This document shows positions 18,828-29,022 of a stretch of 64,000 nt of DNA, one piece after another. This DNA is from Bacteroidota bacterium (GTDB lineage: Bacteria > Bacteroidota > Bacteroidia > J057). Each line of letters begins with the position of its first letter. Position 1 is the first letter of the stretch. The notes beneath the pieces were generated by a model. That model saw only the letters and a list, made by a program, of their open reading frames with translations, did no database searches and was not told the DNA's origin. The stretch is from positions 55,424 to 119,423 of the forward strand of contig JBCBGC010000007.1 in NCBI GenBank assembly GCA_038527215.1. Reading direction: 5' to 3'. Made by a program: the position numbers and the translations under genes.

Positions 18828-20558
18828 TTACTCGATTTCGATCTGGTACTGCCGGGCCTTGATCCCTGGGCTGACCCATTCCTGACGGAGGGTTACGATG
18901 AACTCATAGGTACCTGGCGTTGTCGGCATAGCGATTTTCCAGTCCAGGTTCATCGTATCCGTGAGGATGCGGGGCGTAATAAATTTGTGGGAGAATTGTA
19001 ACTGGGAAAAACTGCCTCGCTGCGTCCAATATACGGCTCGGGTCAGGCCCAGTTGGGGGTTGGCCAGCAGATCAACTGGGGTTTCATAGCCGTTGACCAG
19101 CTTCATTTCTACGGCCAGGCTATCCCCGGCAGGCATTTTGTCCGGGACCTCACTGGTTATTTCCAGCATCAATCGGTTGTAAGACCGGAAGTTGGGGACG
19201 ATGCGGTACAAAAAATCGCGGCCTACCGCTGCATGCAAGGTATCCGCCCAGTCCAACTGCCCCGCTCGCATATAGACCACCTCTTTTCCCTGCAGGCTTT
19301 CTTCTATCGGCAACAGATCATATTGGGTCCGTCGATAGTTCATATCGTTAAAACCATGCCCTTCCTTGCCAGCATAAAAGCGGTATTTGGAAGGATAGGT
19401 ATAGCTGTTATGAAAAACCACCGGACGGTCTCCGGCGATTTCTGCCACCTCCTCCGCCCAGGTATCATATTGATGAAATTCATTCCGGATGGTAGCCACA
19501 AAGGGTAAGAAATCCACTACCAGGTACAGACGAAAAACCCCGATGATGACCAGCGAAGGGATCAACAGTCTCCGGAGCCACAGCTGCCCTTTTTCCCAAT
19601 CTTTCATGTATCGATAGGTCAGGATCAGGATAGGCAAATATGCCGTCGCGGCCCAGTTGGCTTCGATATGGGTTTGGAAGCTGAGCAAAAATAAAAAACC
19701 CAACACCCCCCAGATGATGAATTTCAGGCAGCGTTCAAATGGGTCCGCAGGCTTGATTTTCCAAACAGCTATAAAAATCCAAAAGCCAATAAAAGGTCCA
19801 GCGATGAGCAGTTGGTTGAGAAAAAAGTCGTAGAAGAAATGAGGCTCCCAGGGCGTAGCAATCCTGTCCACCAGATGATAGGTGAAGGTCCCAAAGTTTT
19901 CTCCATACAAAAAAGACAGATGAGGCAGATAAAGCAGGGTACAGCCGATGGCCAGGGCCCAGAAAGAACCTTTTTTCAATAAAACCGGATGCCCCAGAAG
20001 GCAGAAAAACAGGACCATCAGGCCATGATATTTACTGTAGACCAAGCCTACCACCGCCAGGCCCAGCAGCAAAGTATTGAGCAGGGTTTCCGCCTCAAGG
20101 TATCGCTTAAAAAGATAAAGGTATAGGGCCGTAAAAAAGATCAAAGGACTGTCAGGAGCGGCAATAAAGCCCCCAAAATGGACGATGATCATGGACAGGG
20201 CGATCATCCAGAAAAGGCGTGGTTGTTGTCGGTCGGTACATTGAAAAACCAGCCAGAGGGTGCCCGTACTCATCAACACAGTGAGCAACCTGACCCCGAT
20301 TTCACCTCCCAGAAGGTGCCGTCCCAGCCATATCATCCAGGAAATCATCGGGGCATGCTCAGCATATCCCCAGGCAGGATGCAGGGAGAAAAACCAGTAA
20401 TAGGCTTCGTCGTGTAATAGCTCTGATTGCCAGGCTTGCCATAAGTTTAGCACCGTCCAGCCTCCTAATAAAAAGAGACTGACCTGGCGCCGGGATAAGT
20501 CGGAGAACCAGCCCTTCATAGTTTGGAATAAGTGGCAAAAATAAAGAGATGTGGCCAA
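18828..20558 (-). CDS. Glycosyltransferase family 39 (ArnT/PMT-like) polytopic membrane protein with C-terminal extracytoplasmic domain
   Basis: The N-terminal DEAYYW motif follows the first TM segment. There are more than 10 predicted TM helices and a C-terminal soluble domain of about 120 aa. Confidence 0.65.
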   Translation of the reverse strand: MATSLYFCHLFQTMKGWFSDLSRRQVSLFLLGGWTVLNLWQAWQSELLHDEAYYWFFSLHPAWGYAEHAPMISWMIWLGRHLLGGEIGVRLLTVLMSTGTLWLVFQCTDRQQPRLFWMIALSMIIVHFGGFIAAPDSPLIFFTALYLYLFKRYLEAETLLNTLLLGLAVVGLVYSKYHGLMVLFFCLLGHPVLLKKGSFWALAIGCTLLYLPHLSFLYGENFGTFTYHLVDRIATPWEPHFFYDFFLNQLLIAGPFIGFWIFIAVWKIKPADPFERCLKFIIWGVLGFLFLLSFQTHIEANWAATAYLPILILTYRYMKDWEKGQLWLRRLLIPSLVIIGVFRLYLVVDFLPFVATIRNEFHQYDTWAEEVAEIAGDRPVVFHNSYTYPSKYRFYAGKEGHGFNDMNYRRTQYDLLPIEESLQGKEVVYMRAGQLDWADTLHAAVGRDFLYRIVPNFRSYNRLMLEITSEVPDKMPAGDSLAVEMKLVNGYETPVDLLANPQLGLTRAVYWTQRGSFSQLQFSHKFITPRILTDTMNLDWKIAMPTTPGTYEFIVTLRQEWVSPGIKARQYQIEIE

Positions 20559-20597
20559 TTGACCACATCTCTTTTGGAACTCTATGAAGCAGCTGAT

Positions 20598-22694
20598 TTA
20601 GCGTAGCTGCAGCCTATGTACTTCTGTTCCACTTAACCCCTTCACTTTCAGCAGGTAGATGCCCGAAGGCAGCTTGCTCAGGTCCAGTTTTTGTTCCCCG
20701 GCCTCAGCTTGTGGAAGGAAAAATTCCTGCACCAACTGCCCTTGCAGGGAATAAATAGCGCCGGTCAAAGAGGCCTCGGGAGCCAGGTATCGTAGGGTAA
20801 GCTCATCCACTACAGGGTTCGGGAATACTTCCAGCACAAACTGATCGCCTCTGCGGAATACTTCGACCATGCCCAGGTCTTCCTCCTGTCCATCCAGGTC
20901 TATTTGGATCAGGCGGTATTGGTTTGCTCCTAAAATGGTCTGGCGGTCCAGGAAGCTATAAGCAACGGGCTCGAACACCGTGCCTGCTCCCGCTACCTGC
21001 GCGATCGGCAGGAAGCTCCCATTGGCTTGACGCTTTTCAATCCGGAAATAGTCATTATTGATCTCCTGGCTGGTCTCCCAGCTCAGTTCAACCTCATCAT
21101 TCAGGTTAAGTTCCGCGAAGAAGCTGGTCAATACCACTGGAAGGTTGACAAAAGTGGAGTTTTGCGCCCCGGGCGTGCCATTATTATCTGCAGAATAAGG
21201 GTCCGTAGCGGCCGCCCAATTACCGGCCACATTGTTATCGTTCAATACGCTATTGAGTTCTATACTGGCTCCAGCGGGGTTGGGGAAAGTGCCATCGTAG
21301 TTCACCTCGTCGATTTCGTTATCGTTCCTGCCTAGCAATCGCACTTCATCAGTTGTATTCGTCAAAGCCCAGTTGTCAGCATAATCATAGTCTACAGATA
21401 CTCCGCCATTAGCTACGATGTCCCCATTTCTCCCTAAAATCAGGTAGGCACCTACTTCTAGCCACAGATCAGTGTTGATGGTGTGAGAATTCGATCCATC
21501 ATCTGCGATGGTCCACCCATTGAGGTTTATTCTGGTATTGAAGGTACCTTTTAGCTCAAACCACTCTCCATCCGTATCTGATACGACATCAGGATTTTTC
21601 ATGATCTCATTGATCACGATGCCTCCAGCCGCGGCCCGGGTCGTAGAATTAGGCGCGCCAGGCGTTCCATAGTTATTGTTATCCAACAACATGCTTCCTT
21701 CTTCCCAGTTTGTGCCGATGGCATTATTGGCGCTCGCGTCAAAGAGTTCCAGGGCACGGCCAGCATTGGAAGGGAAATTAGTTCCGCCATCATAAGCTAC
21801 CCGGTCTACTTCCTCTGAGGAAGGAATGGGCGCTGGCATTTGCAGGACGATTTCGTCCCCGCCATTGTCCAGTTGGAAGGAGCCGTACTGATAATCAACG
21901 CCCACGCCACCATTGACAGACTGATCGTTATTACGCCCCAGCACAGCAAAGGCGCCCGGTTCAATGACCAGGGAAGTACTGATGTCATGGGTATTGGTTC
22001 CGTCATCACTAAGGGTCCAGTCTTCTATATCGAGGGGAATCGTAGAATTATTGAGCAACTCTATCCATTCTCCGTTCGCATCAGTAATCACATCTGGATT
22101 AACCAGAAATTCATTGATTACAATCGCTGTTCTGGCCACGGAAAGAGAGTTTTCCTGACCGGCCGTGTGATAATCCACCCCTATCAGCGGACTGATGGAA
22201 GGTCCCCAATTCGTGCCATCATTATTGTCTACCGACAAGTCATAGATTTCAATGGATCGCCCGGCTCCGGTGGGGAAGGTACCTGTCTCATCGTATTCGA
22301 CCCGGTCTATTTCCGTAACCCCCGCCGTAAGGATAATTTCGTCATCGATATTGTTCAGAGTAAAACCGCCGAATTCATAATCCACAGATACGCCACCGTT
22401 CGTGCCGATATCGATGTTTCTGCCCAGGATCAGATATCCCCCAGCCGGGATATTGAGAGCGCCACTATTGTTGATGATATGAGATTCCGTCCCCAAGTCC
22501 GAAATGACCCACCCATCAATATCAATGGTAGCCCCCGTGGTGTTATACAGTTCGAAAAATTCTCCGTTGGCATCGCTAACCGCAGATGGATCGTACATGA
22601 TCTCAGTTACGATGACATCTCCCGCTGATTGAGCCCATAGCGTAGTGGGGAGTAGCCAGGCTACACTAAGGAGGAAGGCGTAAAAATGCTTCAT
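20598..22694 (-). CDS. Secreted protein with three lamin-tail-domain (LTD) repeats and T9SS C-terminal sorting domain
   Basis: Three approximately 140-aa repeats each begin (V/I)(V/I)(T/N)E(I/F)…NPDV(I/V)(S/T)D(A/T)(N/D)GEW(I/F)EL. The C-terminus …SGIYLLKVKGLSGTEVHRLQLR is a T9SS CTD-like beta-strand pair. A signal peptide is present. Confidence 0.7.
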   Translation of the reverse strand: MKHFYAFLLSVAWLLPTTLWAQSAGDVIVTEIMYDPSAVSDANGEFFELYNTTGATIDIDGWVISDLGTESHIINNSGALNIPAGGYLILGRNIDIGTNGGVSVDYEFGGFTLNNIDDEIILTAGVTEIDRVEYDETGTFPTGAGRSIEIYDLSVDNNDGTNWGPSISPLIGVDYHTAGQENSLSVARTAIVINEFLVNPDVITDANGEWIELLNNSTIPLDIEDWTLSDDGTNTHDISTSLVIEPGAFAVLGRNNDQSVNGGVGVDYQYGSFQLDNGGDEIVLQMPAPIPSSEEVDRVAYDGGTNFPSNAGRALELFDASANNAIGTNWEEGSMLLDNNNYGTPGAPNSTTRAAAGGIVINEIMKNPDVVSDTDGEWFELKGTFNTRINLNGWTIADDGSNSHTINTDLWLEVGAYLILGRNGDIVANGGVSVDYDYADNWALTNTTDEVRLLGRNDNEIDEVNYDGTFPNPAGASIELNSVLNDNNVAGNWAAATDPYSADNNGTPGAQNSTFVNLPVVLTSFFAELNLNDEVELSWETSQEINNDYFRIEKRQANGSFLPIAQVAGAGTVFEPVAYSFLDRQTILGANQYRLIQIDLDGQEEDLGMVEVFRRGDQFVLEVFPNPVVDELTLRYLAPEASLTGAIYSLQGQLVQEFFLPQAEAGEQKLDLSKLPSGIYLLKVKGLSGTEVHRLQLR

Positions 22695-22715
22695 TTTAAA
22701 ATGGTTTGTGTTTGA

Positions 22716-22790
22716 TTCCCTATTCGATTGCTTGAGGTTATTTCCCTATTAGATAGCTTGAGTATATTTCCTTATTCCGTTGATAAAATA
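22716..22790. repeat. Three imperfect 26-bp tandem direct repeats (TTCCCTATTCGATTGCTTGAGGTTAT / TTCCCTATTAGATAGCTTGAGTATAT / TTCCTTATTCCGTTGATAAAATA)
   Basis: Read directly from the sequence; they lie 22-96 nt upstream of the LTD/T9SS gene start (minus strand). Confidence 0.7.
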
Positions 22791-22931
22791 CGAAACAGGT
22801 TCGCAAGCCCCTAAGGAAGCAGATGAACTTTTTGTAAAGGATTTATCCAATTCGGAAAATTTGAAAAATTCGAAATCATTGGACTGTCGAATCTTCAAAA
22901 ACGGAAAAACTTTCTCCTGATAATCAGCCTT

Positions 22932-23600
22932 CTAAGCCTCTGGTTTGATTTCTTCAATTAACTCCGGCGAATTGTTGCGCACATTCCCTACGGCTGCGCC
23001 CACGGGATAGGCCTTCATTTCCTCGCTGGGAAAGGGCAGGAGCATTTCTTTCAGGGAGGCTTGGGGAGTGGTGGGTTGTAACCATTGGAAGGCCTGGGTC
23101 TTGGGAAGAATGACCGGCATGCGGTTATGCAGGGGTTCCATCAGCTCATTGGGGGTAGTGGTGATGATGGTAAAGGTATGCAGGGTATAACCTTCAGGAT
23201 GAGCCCAATAGGCCGACAAGCCGGCCAGATAGAAGGGCTGCTCATTGGCTAGCATGATGCGATAGGGCTGCTTGCCTTTGGCAGATTTTTGCCACTCATA
23301 AAAACTATCGGCCAGGACAAGACATCTACTCCGGGAAAAGGACTGGCGGAAGGCCGGTTTTTCATGTGCCGTCTCCCCCCTTGCATTGATCATTTTGTAA
23401 GCAATCTTGGGATCCTTTGCCCAGGAAGGCAGCAGGCCCCATTTAGCCAGGTGGATGCGCTTTGGGTCTTCCATGGGAATAATCGGCGCATACTGGCTGG
23501 GGGCGATATTGTAACTGGCTTGCCAGGATTGTCCCTCTATCTCGGGAGGGATCACCATTTCTGCATCGGGCGTTTGAGTAAAGGTATATCTTCCGCACAT
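22932..23600 (-). CDS. SOS-response-associated peptidase (SRAP/YedK/HMCES family)
   Basis: The true start is at internal MCGRYTF… (catalytic Cys2), giving 223 aa. The track ORF extends 52 codons upstream and is implausible. Family-typical NIAPSQ and WGLLPSW motifs are present. Confidence 0.75.
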   Translation of the reverse strand: MCGRYTFTQTPDAEMVIPPEIEGQSWQASYNIAPSQYAPIIPMEDPKRIHLAKWGLLPSWAKDPKIAYKMINARGETAHEKPAFRQSFSRSRCLVLADSFYEWQKSAKGKQPYRIMLANEQPFYLAGLSAYWAHPEGYTLHTFTIITTTPNELMEPLHNRMPVILPKTQAFQWLQPTTPQASLKEMLLPFPSEEMKAYPVGAAVGNVRNNSPELIEEIKPEA

Positions 23601-23943
23601 GGTAAATAGCAGCTTCTTTTGCATAACATACGAAAAGAATTTGGCGGAAGAAATAGGAAGCCCCCTTGATGGGCCGGGCTTTTTGGGCTGGTGAGACTTG
23701 CCTGAATCCCTGATAATAAGGCTCCCTGGTAAACAATGTGAAGGGAAAAGCGTCACATATAGCAGCCTTGGGTGTTATAATGTCGTATAAATAACAGGGA
23801 AACCTGAAATATTGACAGTAATTTCATCCGGGTATAGTAATTGATACAGGGAACCTTGGGTAAAATCAACAATTAGGCGTAATTTTATAACCTTTGATTT
23901 ACCCGCCCTCGATACCCCTAAACAGGAGCAGTGACACGAGCAT

Positions 23944-25950
23944 ATGGCTGATAATCCAAATCCAAGAAATAATAAAAGTCCCCGTAGCAGCAACAGCATT
24001 TACTGGATATATGTTGTTGTTCTGGCATTCTTCATCATAGGGACGCTGGCGCTCCGCCAAAACACTGCCTCCCAACAGCCAAGTTCAACCGAATTTGAGG
24101 AATTGGTGAGGAAAAATTTTGTGGAGAACGTGGTTATTTACAATGAAACCGAGGCAAACATTCACCTCAACAAGGAGGGCCGCGAATTCATTGCAAATAA
24201 GCGAGGCAAAGAGCTGAGTGAGAGAGGTCCGCACCTCATTATGGAGCGGCCCGATTCGGAGCAGTTCAGTACCTATCTGAGTGAGAATAAAATTCCGTTT
24301 GAATATAAGCGCAGGACCGAGTGGGATGGGGTCTTTACCTTCCTGATCCCGATCGCCATTTTGGTGGCGCTGTGGTTCTTCTTCATGCGTCGCGTAGGAG
24401 CTGGCGGAGCTGGCGGCCAAATCTTCAACATCGGAAAAAGTAGAGCCAGTCTCTACGATAAAGAAAATAAAGTCAACGTTACCTTCAACGACGTAGCTGG
24501 CCTGGAAGAGGCTAAGGAAGAAGTCCAGGAGGTAGTTGAATTCCTGAAGCAACCCCAGAAATTCACCAAACTTGGGGGACATATCCCCAAAGGGGTGTTG
24601 TTGGTAGGCCCTCCCGGAACCGGTAAAACCTTGCTGGCCAAAGCTGTGGCAGGAGAAGCCAAAGTGCCTTTCTTCTCTTTGAGTGGTTCTGACTTTGTAG
24701 AGATGTTTGTCGGCGTAGGTGCAGCCCGGGTAAGAGACTTGTTTAAGCAGGCCAAAGAAAAAGCGCCTTGTATCATCTTCATTGATGAGATTGATGCGGT
24801 AGGACGGAGCCGAGGTCGCATGAACGTTACCGGCGGAAATGACGAAAGAGAAAATACCCTCAACCAGTTGCTGGTGGAGATGGATGGCTTTAACAGTGAT
24901 ACCGGCGTCATCATCATGGCCGCGACCAACCGGCCTGACGTACTGGACCCAGCCTTGCTGCGGGCCGGACGATTTGACCGGCAGATTGCCGTTGATCGCC
25001 CTGACATCAAAGGTCGGGAAGCCATCTTCAAAGTTCATTTGAAAAAGCTCACCCTTTCTAAGCGGGTGGACGTGAAAAAACTCGCCTCTCAGACCCCTGG
25101 TTTTGTGGGTGCAGACATCATGAACGTGTGTAACGAAGCTGCCCTGATTGCAGCTCGTAAGAATAAAGAAGCGGTGGAACTGGATGACTTCCAGGATGCC
25201 ATTGACCGTGTTATTGGAGGATTGGAGAAGAAGAACAAAATCATCTCTCCCAATGAAAAACGCATTGTAGCCTATCACGAGGCAGGCCACGCGGTTACTG
25301 CCTGGTACCTGGAACATGCTTCTCCGCTGGTCAAAGTTTCCATCGTACCTCGTGGCATTGCCGCGCTGGGATATGCTCAGTATCTGCCCAAAGAGCAGTA
25401 CCTGTATACCTACAATCAATTGTTTGATTTCATGTGTACAGCCCTGGGCGGGAGAGCTGCCGAAGACATTGTTTTTGGTGAAGTATCTACTGGTGCGCAA
25501 AATGACCTTGAGCGGATCACCGAAAACGCCTACGCCATCGTTACCCGTTACGGGATGAACGAAACGGTAGGTCAGGTCTCTTTCAAAGAGAACGCCGAGT
25601 ATAATTTTACCAAGCCCTATTCTGACGAGACGGCAAGGATCATCGATCAGGAAGTACGTAAGATCATTGATGAAGCCTACGAGCGGACGACTAAGTTGCT
25701 CAATGACAAGCGGGAAGAGCTGGAAAAAATTGCCCAGTCCCTCCTCACCAAAGAAGTCATCTTCAAAGAAGATGTGGTTGAGTTGATCGGCCCTCGCCCA
25801 TTTGCCAGTGAAAACGAAATCGACCTTTCCGATGAGGAAGATCAGGAGGATGATCTCTTTCCTCCCAGCCTCACGGAAAACGGGAGCGATGTAGAAAGCA
25901 ATGGGCTCGCAGATGCGACCAAAGACCTCGAAGTTGAAGAAGAATCCTGA
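23944..25950 (+). CDS. ftsH: ATP-dependent zinc metalloprotease FtsH
   Basis: Motifs present are N-terminal TM segments, Walker A GPPGTGKT, Walker [10 protein letters not shown], second region of homology and zinc-binding HEAGHA, with an acidic C-terminal tail. Confidence 0.95.
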   Translation: MADNPNPRNNKSPRSSNSIYWIYVVVLAFFIIGTLALRQNTASQQPSSTEFEELVRKNFVENVVIYNETEANIHLNKEGREFIANKRGKELSERGPHLIMERPDSEQFSTYLSENKIPFEYKRRTEWDGVFTFLIPIAILVALWFFFMRRVGAGGAGGQIFNIGKSRASLYDKENKVNVTFNDVAGLEEAKEEVQEVVEFLKQPQKFTKLGGHIPKGVLLVGPPGTGKTLLAKAVAGEAKVPFFSLSGSDFVEMFVGVGAARVRDLFKQAKEKAPCIIFIDEIDAVGRSRGRMNVTGGNDERENTLNQLLVEMDGFNSDTGVIIMAATNRPDVLDPALLRAGRFDRQIAVDRPDIKGREAIFKVHLKKLTLSKRVDVKKLASQTPGFVGADIMNVCNEAALIAARKNKEAVELDDFQDAIDRVIGGLEKKNKIISPNEKRIVAYHEAGHAVTAWYLEHASPLVKVSIVPRGIAALGYAQYLPKEQYLYTYNQLFDFMCTALGGRAAEDIVFGEVSTGAQNDLERITENAYAIVTRYGMNETVGQVSFKENAEYNFTKPYSDETARIIDQEVRKIIDEAYERTTKLLNDKREELEKIAQSLLTKEVIFKEDVVELIGPRPFASENEIDLSDEEDQEDDLFPPSLTENGSDVESNGLADATKDLEVEEES

Positions 25951-25951
25951 A

Positions 25952-26746
25952 ATGGGCCCCCTTGGGGAGAACATATACTTTGCTTCTGATCTGCATCTTG
26001 GGGCACCAGATGCCGAGAAGAGTCTGATACGCGAAAAACATTTTGTCCACTGGTTGGACACCATCAAAGAAGACGCCGCTGAGCTTTACTTGCTTGGCGA
26101 CGTCTTTGACTTTTGGTTCGAATACAAAAGAGCCGTCCCCCGAGGATTTACTCGTGTCCTGGGCCGCTTAGCCGAAATGGCTGATCAAGGCATCAAAATC
26201 CACGTTTTCACCGGCAATCACGATCTCTGGTATGGGGATTACCTGAAGGAAGAAATCGGGGCCACCATTTACAAACACCCGGTAGAAAGGACCCTCTTTG
26301 GCAAACGCTATTACTTCGCACATGGGGACGGATTGGGCCCAGGAGATCATGGGTATAAATTTCTCAAAAAGGTCTTCACCTTTCCCCTTAGTGAATGGAT
26401 GTTTGCCCGGCTACATCCCAATTTTGGCATCGGACTGGCCCGCTTCTTTTCCCAACTCAGCCGCAGCCACAACTACGCGGATGCAGAGGCCCATGAATCT
26501 ACCCATATTGGAGAACATGACCCTTTGTATGGGCACAGTAGAGCGCTCCTCGCGGAAGGCTTGGAAGTAGATTTTTTCATTTACGGTCACCGCCATATTG
26601 CCATTGATGAAGAGATCGTTCCCGGCACCCGCCTGATCATGCTAGGGGATTGGATTCAGTATTTTACGTATCTTAAGATCAGCCCGGAAGAAACCAGTCT
26701 GGAAATTTTTCCTCTGGGACAAATAGAGGCGATATCTGTATCCTAA
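25952..26746 (+). CDS. lpxH: UDP-2,3-diacylglucosamine diphosphatase (LpxH-family calcineurin-like metallophosphoesterase)
   Basis: The start is set at MGPLGENIYFASDLHLG, 1 nt after the ftsH stop. Motifs seen are DLHLG, LLGDVFDFWFEY, TGNHDLW and YGHRHI, which correspond to E. coli LpxH ADLHL / LGDLFEAW / HGNRDF / HGHTHR. Confidence 0.6.
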   Translation: MGPLGENIYFASDLHLGAPDAEKSLIREKHFVHWLDTIKEDAAELYLLGDVFDFWFEYKRAVPRGFTRVLGRLAEMADQGIKIHVFTGNHDLWYGDYLKEEIGATIYKHPVERTLFGKRYYFAHGDGLGPGDHGYKFLKKVFTFPLSEWMFARLHPNFGIGLARFFSQLSRSHNYADAEAHESTHIGEHDPLYGHSRALLAEGLEVDFFIYGHRHIAIDEEIVPGTRLIMLGDWIQYFTYLKISPEETSLEIFPLGQIEAISVS

Positions 26747-27649
26747 ATGTTTAGGTTTGGCATCTTTTGTATTCTCTGGATGAGTGGTATCCAGATCATA
26801 CCTGCCCAATCAGGGGGGCTCAAACTTCCCTTAGCCCCAGCCCAGATCCTCCAGATTCCCCCCCAGGCTCAATGTCTTGAAGTAGATCCGGAAGGCAATA
26901 TTTTCCTGCTGTATTCGGAAGAAGGTTTGCTTAGAAAATACCTGGCAGAGTCTGCCTATGATTCTGCCATCATGGTAGGCGGACGAGGGAGTCGGCAGGA
27001 AGGCTTATTGCATCCCATCAGGATTTCCGCCCAAAACCGACAGAATATCTTCCTCTTAGATGATGAAGCAGGCAAGCTCCTGATGTTCAATATCAATCTT
27101 CGCTTGCTGGATCAATGGGACATTTGGGAACTTACCCAGGTAGAAAGCTGGGAATCCAGCGGCGTAGAAATGCAGCCAGTTGACTTTGTCATGAGCCCTC
27201 TGGGAGATCGCTACCTGCTGAATTCCCTTGACAACAAGTTGTACAAGCTGAACGTATATGGGAAATTGGAAACCGTATTTGGTGGGCTGGATTACGGGGA
27301 AGGCTCCTTACGCCAACCCACACAGCTTCGGATCAATGCCCGTAACCAATTGTTCGTCAGCGACTTTTTTCGAGGACAGAAGCAGTTGAAGGTCTATGAC
27401 TTATACGGAATCTTTTCTTTTGCTTACACCCCCACGGCCCCACCCGATTGGCAATCCTTTTTTGTCCAGGGAAAATGGTTGTTTTTATGGAACGACACCA
27501 CCCTCTGGATAGAAGATATGCGCCAGCGGGAAGTTCAGCAGATGGAACTATCCTTTCCCTCTGCTTTAAAAGACCTGTCTTTCAGTGGGGAGGTACTTTA
27601 TTTATTGTGGGAAAATGAGGTACATTTGTACCGTATTGATAGGAAATAG
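26747..27649 (+). CDS. Hypothetical secreted protein (beta-propeller/NHL-like repeats suspected)
   Basis: It has a signal peptide and starts at the stop of the previous gene. No recognisable catalytic motifs. Confidence 0.45.
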   Translation: MFRFGIFCILWMSGIQIIPAQSGGLKLPLAPAQILQIPPQAQCLEVDPEGNIFLLYSEEGLLRKYLAESAYDSAIMVGGRGSRQEGLLHPIRISAQNRQNIFLLDDEAGKLLMFNINLRLLDQWDIWELTQVESWESSGVEMQPVDFVMSPLGDRYLLNSLDNKLYKLNVYGKLETVFGGLDYGEGSLRQPTQLRINARNQLFVSDFFRGQKQLKVYDLYGIFSFAYTPTAPPDWQSFFVQGKWLFLWNDTTLWIEDMRQREVQQMELSFPSALKDLSFSGEVLYLLWENEVHLYRIDRK

Positions 27650-27654
27650 GAATT

Positions 27655-28725
27655 ATGCTTGATAAGCTCGCCCAGATAGAGAACAGATTTGAAGAGGTAA
27701 AACAGGAAATCATCGATCCTGAGGTGATGGCCGATATGAAGCGCTATAAGGCGCTCAACATTGAATACCGTCAACTAGAGGAAATTGTAAAAAAGACGCA
27801 TGAATACCGTCAGGTCCTCAGCAACCTGGAAAATGCCCACCAGATCCTCAAGGAAGAGAGCGATCCTGATTTGAAGGAGATGGCCAAGGAGGAAATCGGC
27901 GAGTTAGAACCCTCAAAAACTGAGCTGGAGGAAGAGATTAAAATCCTCCTGATTCCTAAAGACCCTAACGACAGCAAAAACGTCGTGCTGGAAATCAGCT
28001 CCGGTACCGGAGGGGATGAAGCAGCCCTGTTTGTGGGAGATTTGTTCCGGATGTACGAACGCTATTGCAGCATCAAAGGACTTCGCTTCGAAGTTACGGG
28101 CGTTCAAGAAGGTTCTCAGGGGGGCTATAAAGAAGCAGTCGCTACCATTAGCGGAAATGACGCCTACGGCACCCTCAAATTTGAAGGAGGCGTTCACCGG
28201 GTACAGCGGGTCCCCAAGACTGAGTCCCAGGGCCGCATTCACACTTCAGCCGCCACGGTAGCCATCATGCCGGAAGCAGAAGAATTCGATGTAGAGCTGA
28301 ATGATGGGGACATCATCAAGGAAATCACCAACGCCTCCGGTCCAGGCGGTCAGTCCGTCAATACCACCTACTCAGCCGTAAAGCTCACGCACAAGCCGAC
28401 CGGCATTCGGGTATCCATGCAGGACGAAAAATCACAGCACAAAAACCTGGAAAAAGCCATGAAAATCCTGCGCGCCAGGATTTATAAATTAGAAATGGAC
28501 AAGCGCAAGGCAGAGACAGACAGCCTGCGTCGTTCTATGGTAGGTTCTGGCGACCGGAGTGAGAAAATCCGGACCTATAACTATCCTCAGGGCCGGGTGA
28601 CCGATCACCGGATCAACCTTACCCTCTACAACCTCAGTTCCATCATGGATGGTGATCTCACGCAGATTATCGAGGCGTTGAGAATTGCGGAGAATACCGA
28701 GAAGCTCAAAGACGGCATGAGCTAA
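27655..28725 (+). CDS. prfA: Peptide chain release factor 1
   Basis: GGQ motif SGPGGQSVNTT is present, and PQGRVTDHRINLTLY is RF1-specific. Overall collinearity with E. coli RF1. Confidence 0.9.
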   Translation: MLDKLAQIENRFEEVKQEIIDPEVMADMKRYKALNIEYRQLEEIVKKTHEYRQVLSNLENAHQILKEESDPDLKEMAKEEIGELEPSKTELEEEIKILLIPKDPNDSKNVVLEISSGTGGDEAALFVGDLFRMYERYCSIKGLRFEVTGVQEGSQGGYKEAVATISGNDAYGTLKFEGGVHRVQRVPKTESQGRIHTSAATVAIMPEAEEFDVELNDGDIIKEITNASGPGGQSVNTTYSAVKLTHKPTGIRVSMQDEKSQHKNLEKAMKILRARIYKLEMDKRKAETDSLRRSMVGSGDRSEKIRTYNYPQGRVTDHRINLTLYNLSSIMDGDLTQIIEALRIAENTEKLKDGMS

Positions 28726-29022
28726 TCCCCTCTTTTGCACCTAAGATTATCCCACCAGGGTTCGGCATTATGCTTGCATGATACCGGATTCAGCATGAGG
28801 TATGCGCTCCAGCCTACCTGCCTAATGGTCCGCAAGCTAGATTTTCAAAAATTCTCAATTTTCGCCTTTCCTGAAGATTATTTCACAAAAAAAGAGGAGG
28901 GGAAATAGTTTTTTTGCAAAAAAGTTCAGGCAGATCGCAAAAAACCTTATATCTTTAAGCTTGCCCTTTTTGTCAGGTGCGGAACCAACTAGCTGAATCA
29001 AAGAAAAAGGACGAGTCGATTC

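Noticed and set aside
22716-22790. CRISPR array hypothesis for the 26-bp repeats
   Set aside because: There are only three degenerate units, directly abutting with no spacers, and no cas genes nearby.
24085-26067. 660-aa minus-strand ORF
   Set aside because: It is entirely antisense to the unambiguous ftsH gene. It has no recognisable motifs and its composition is shadow-frame-like.
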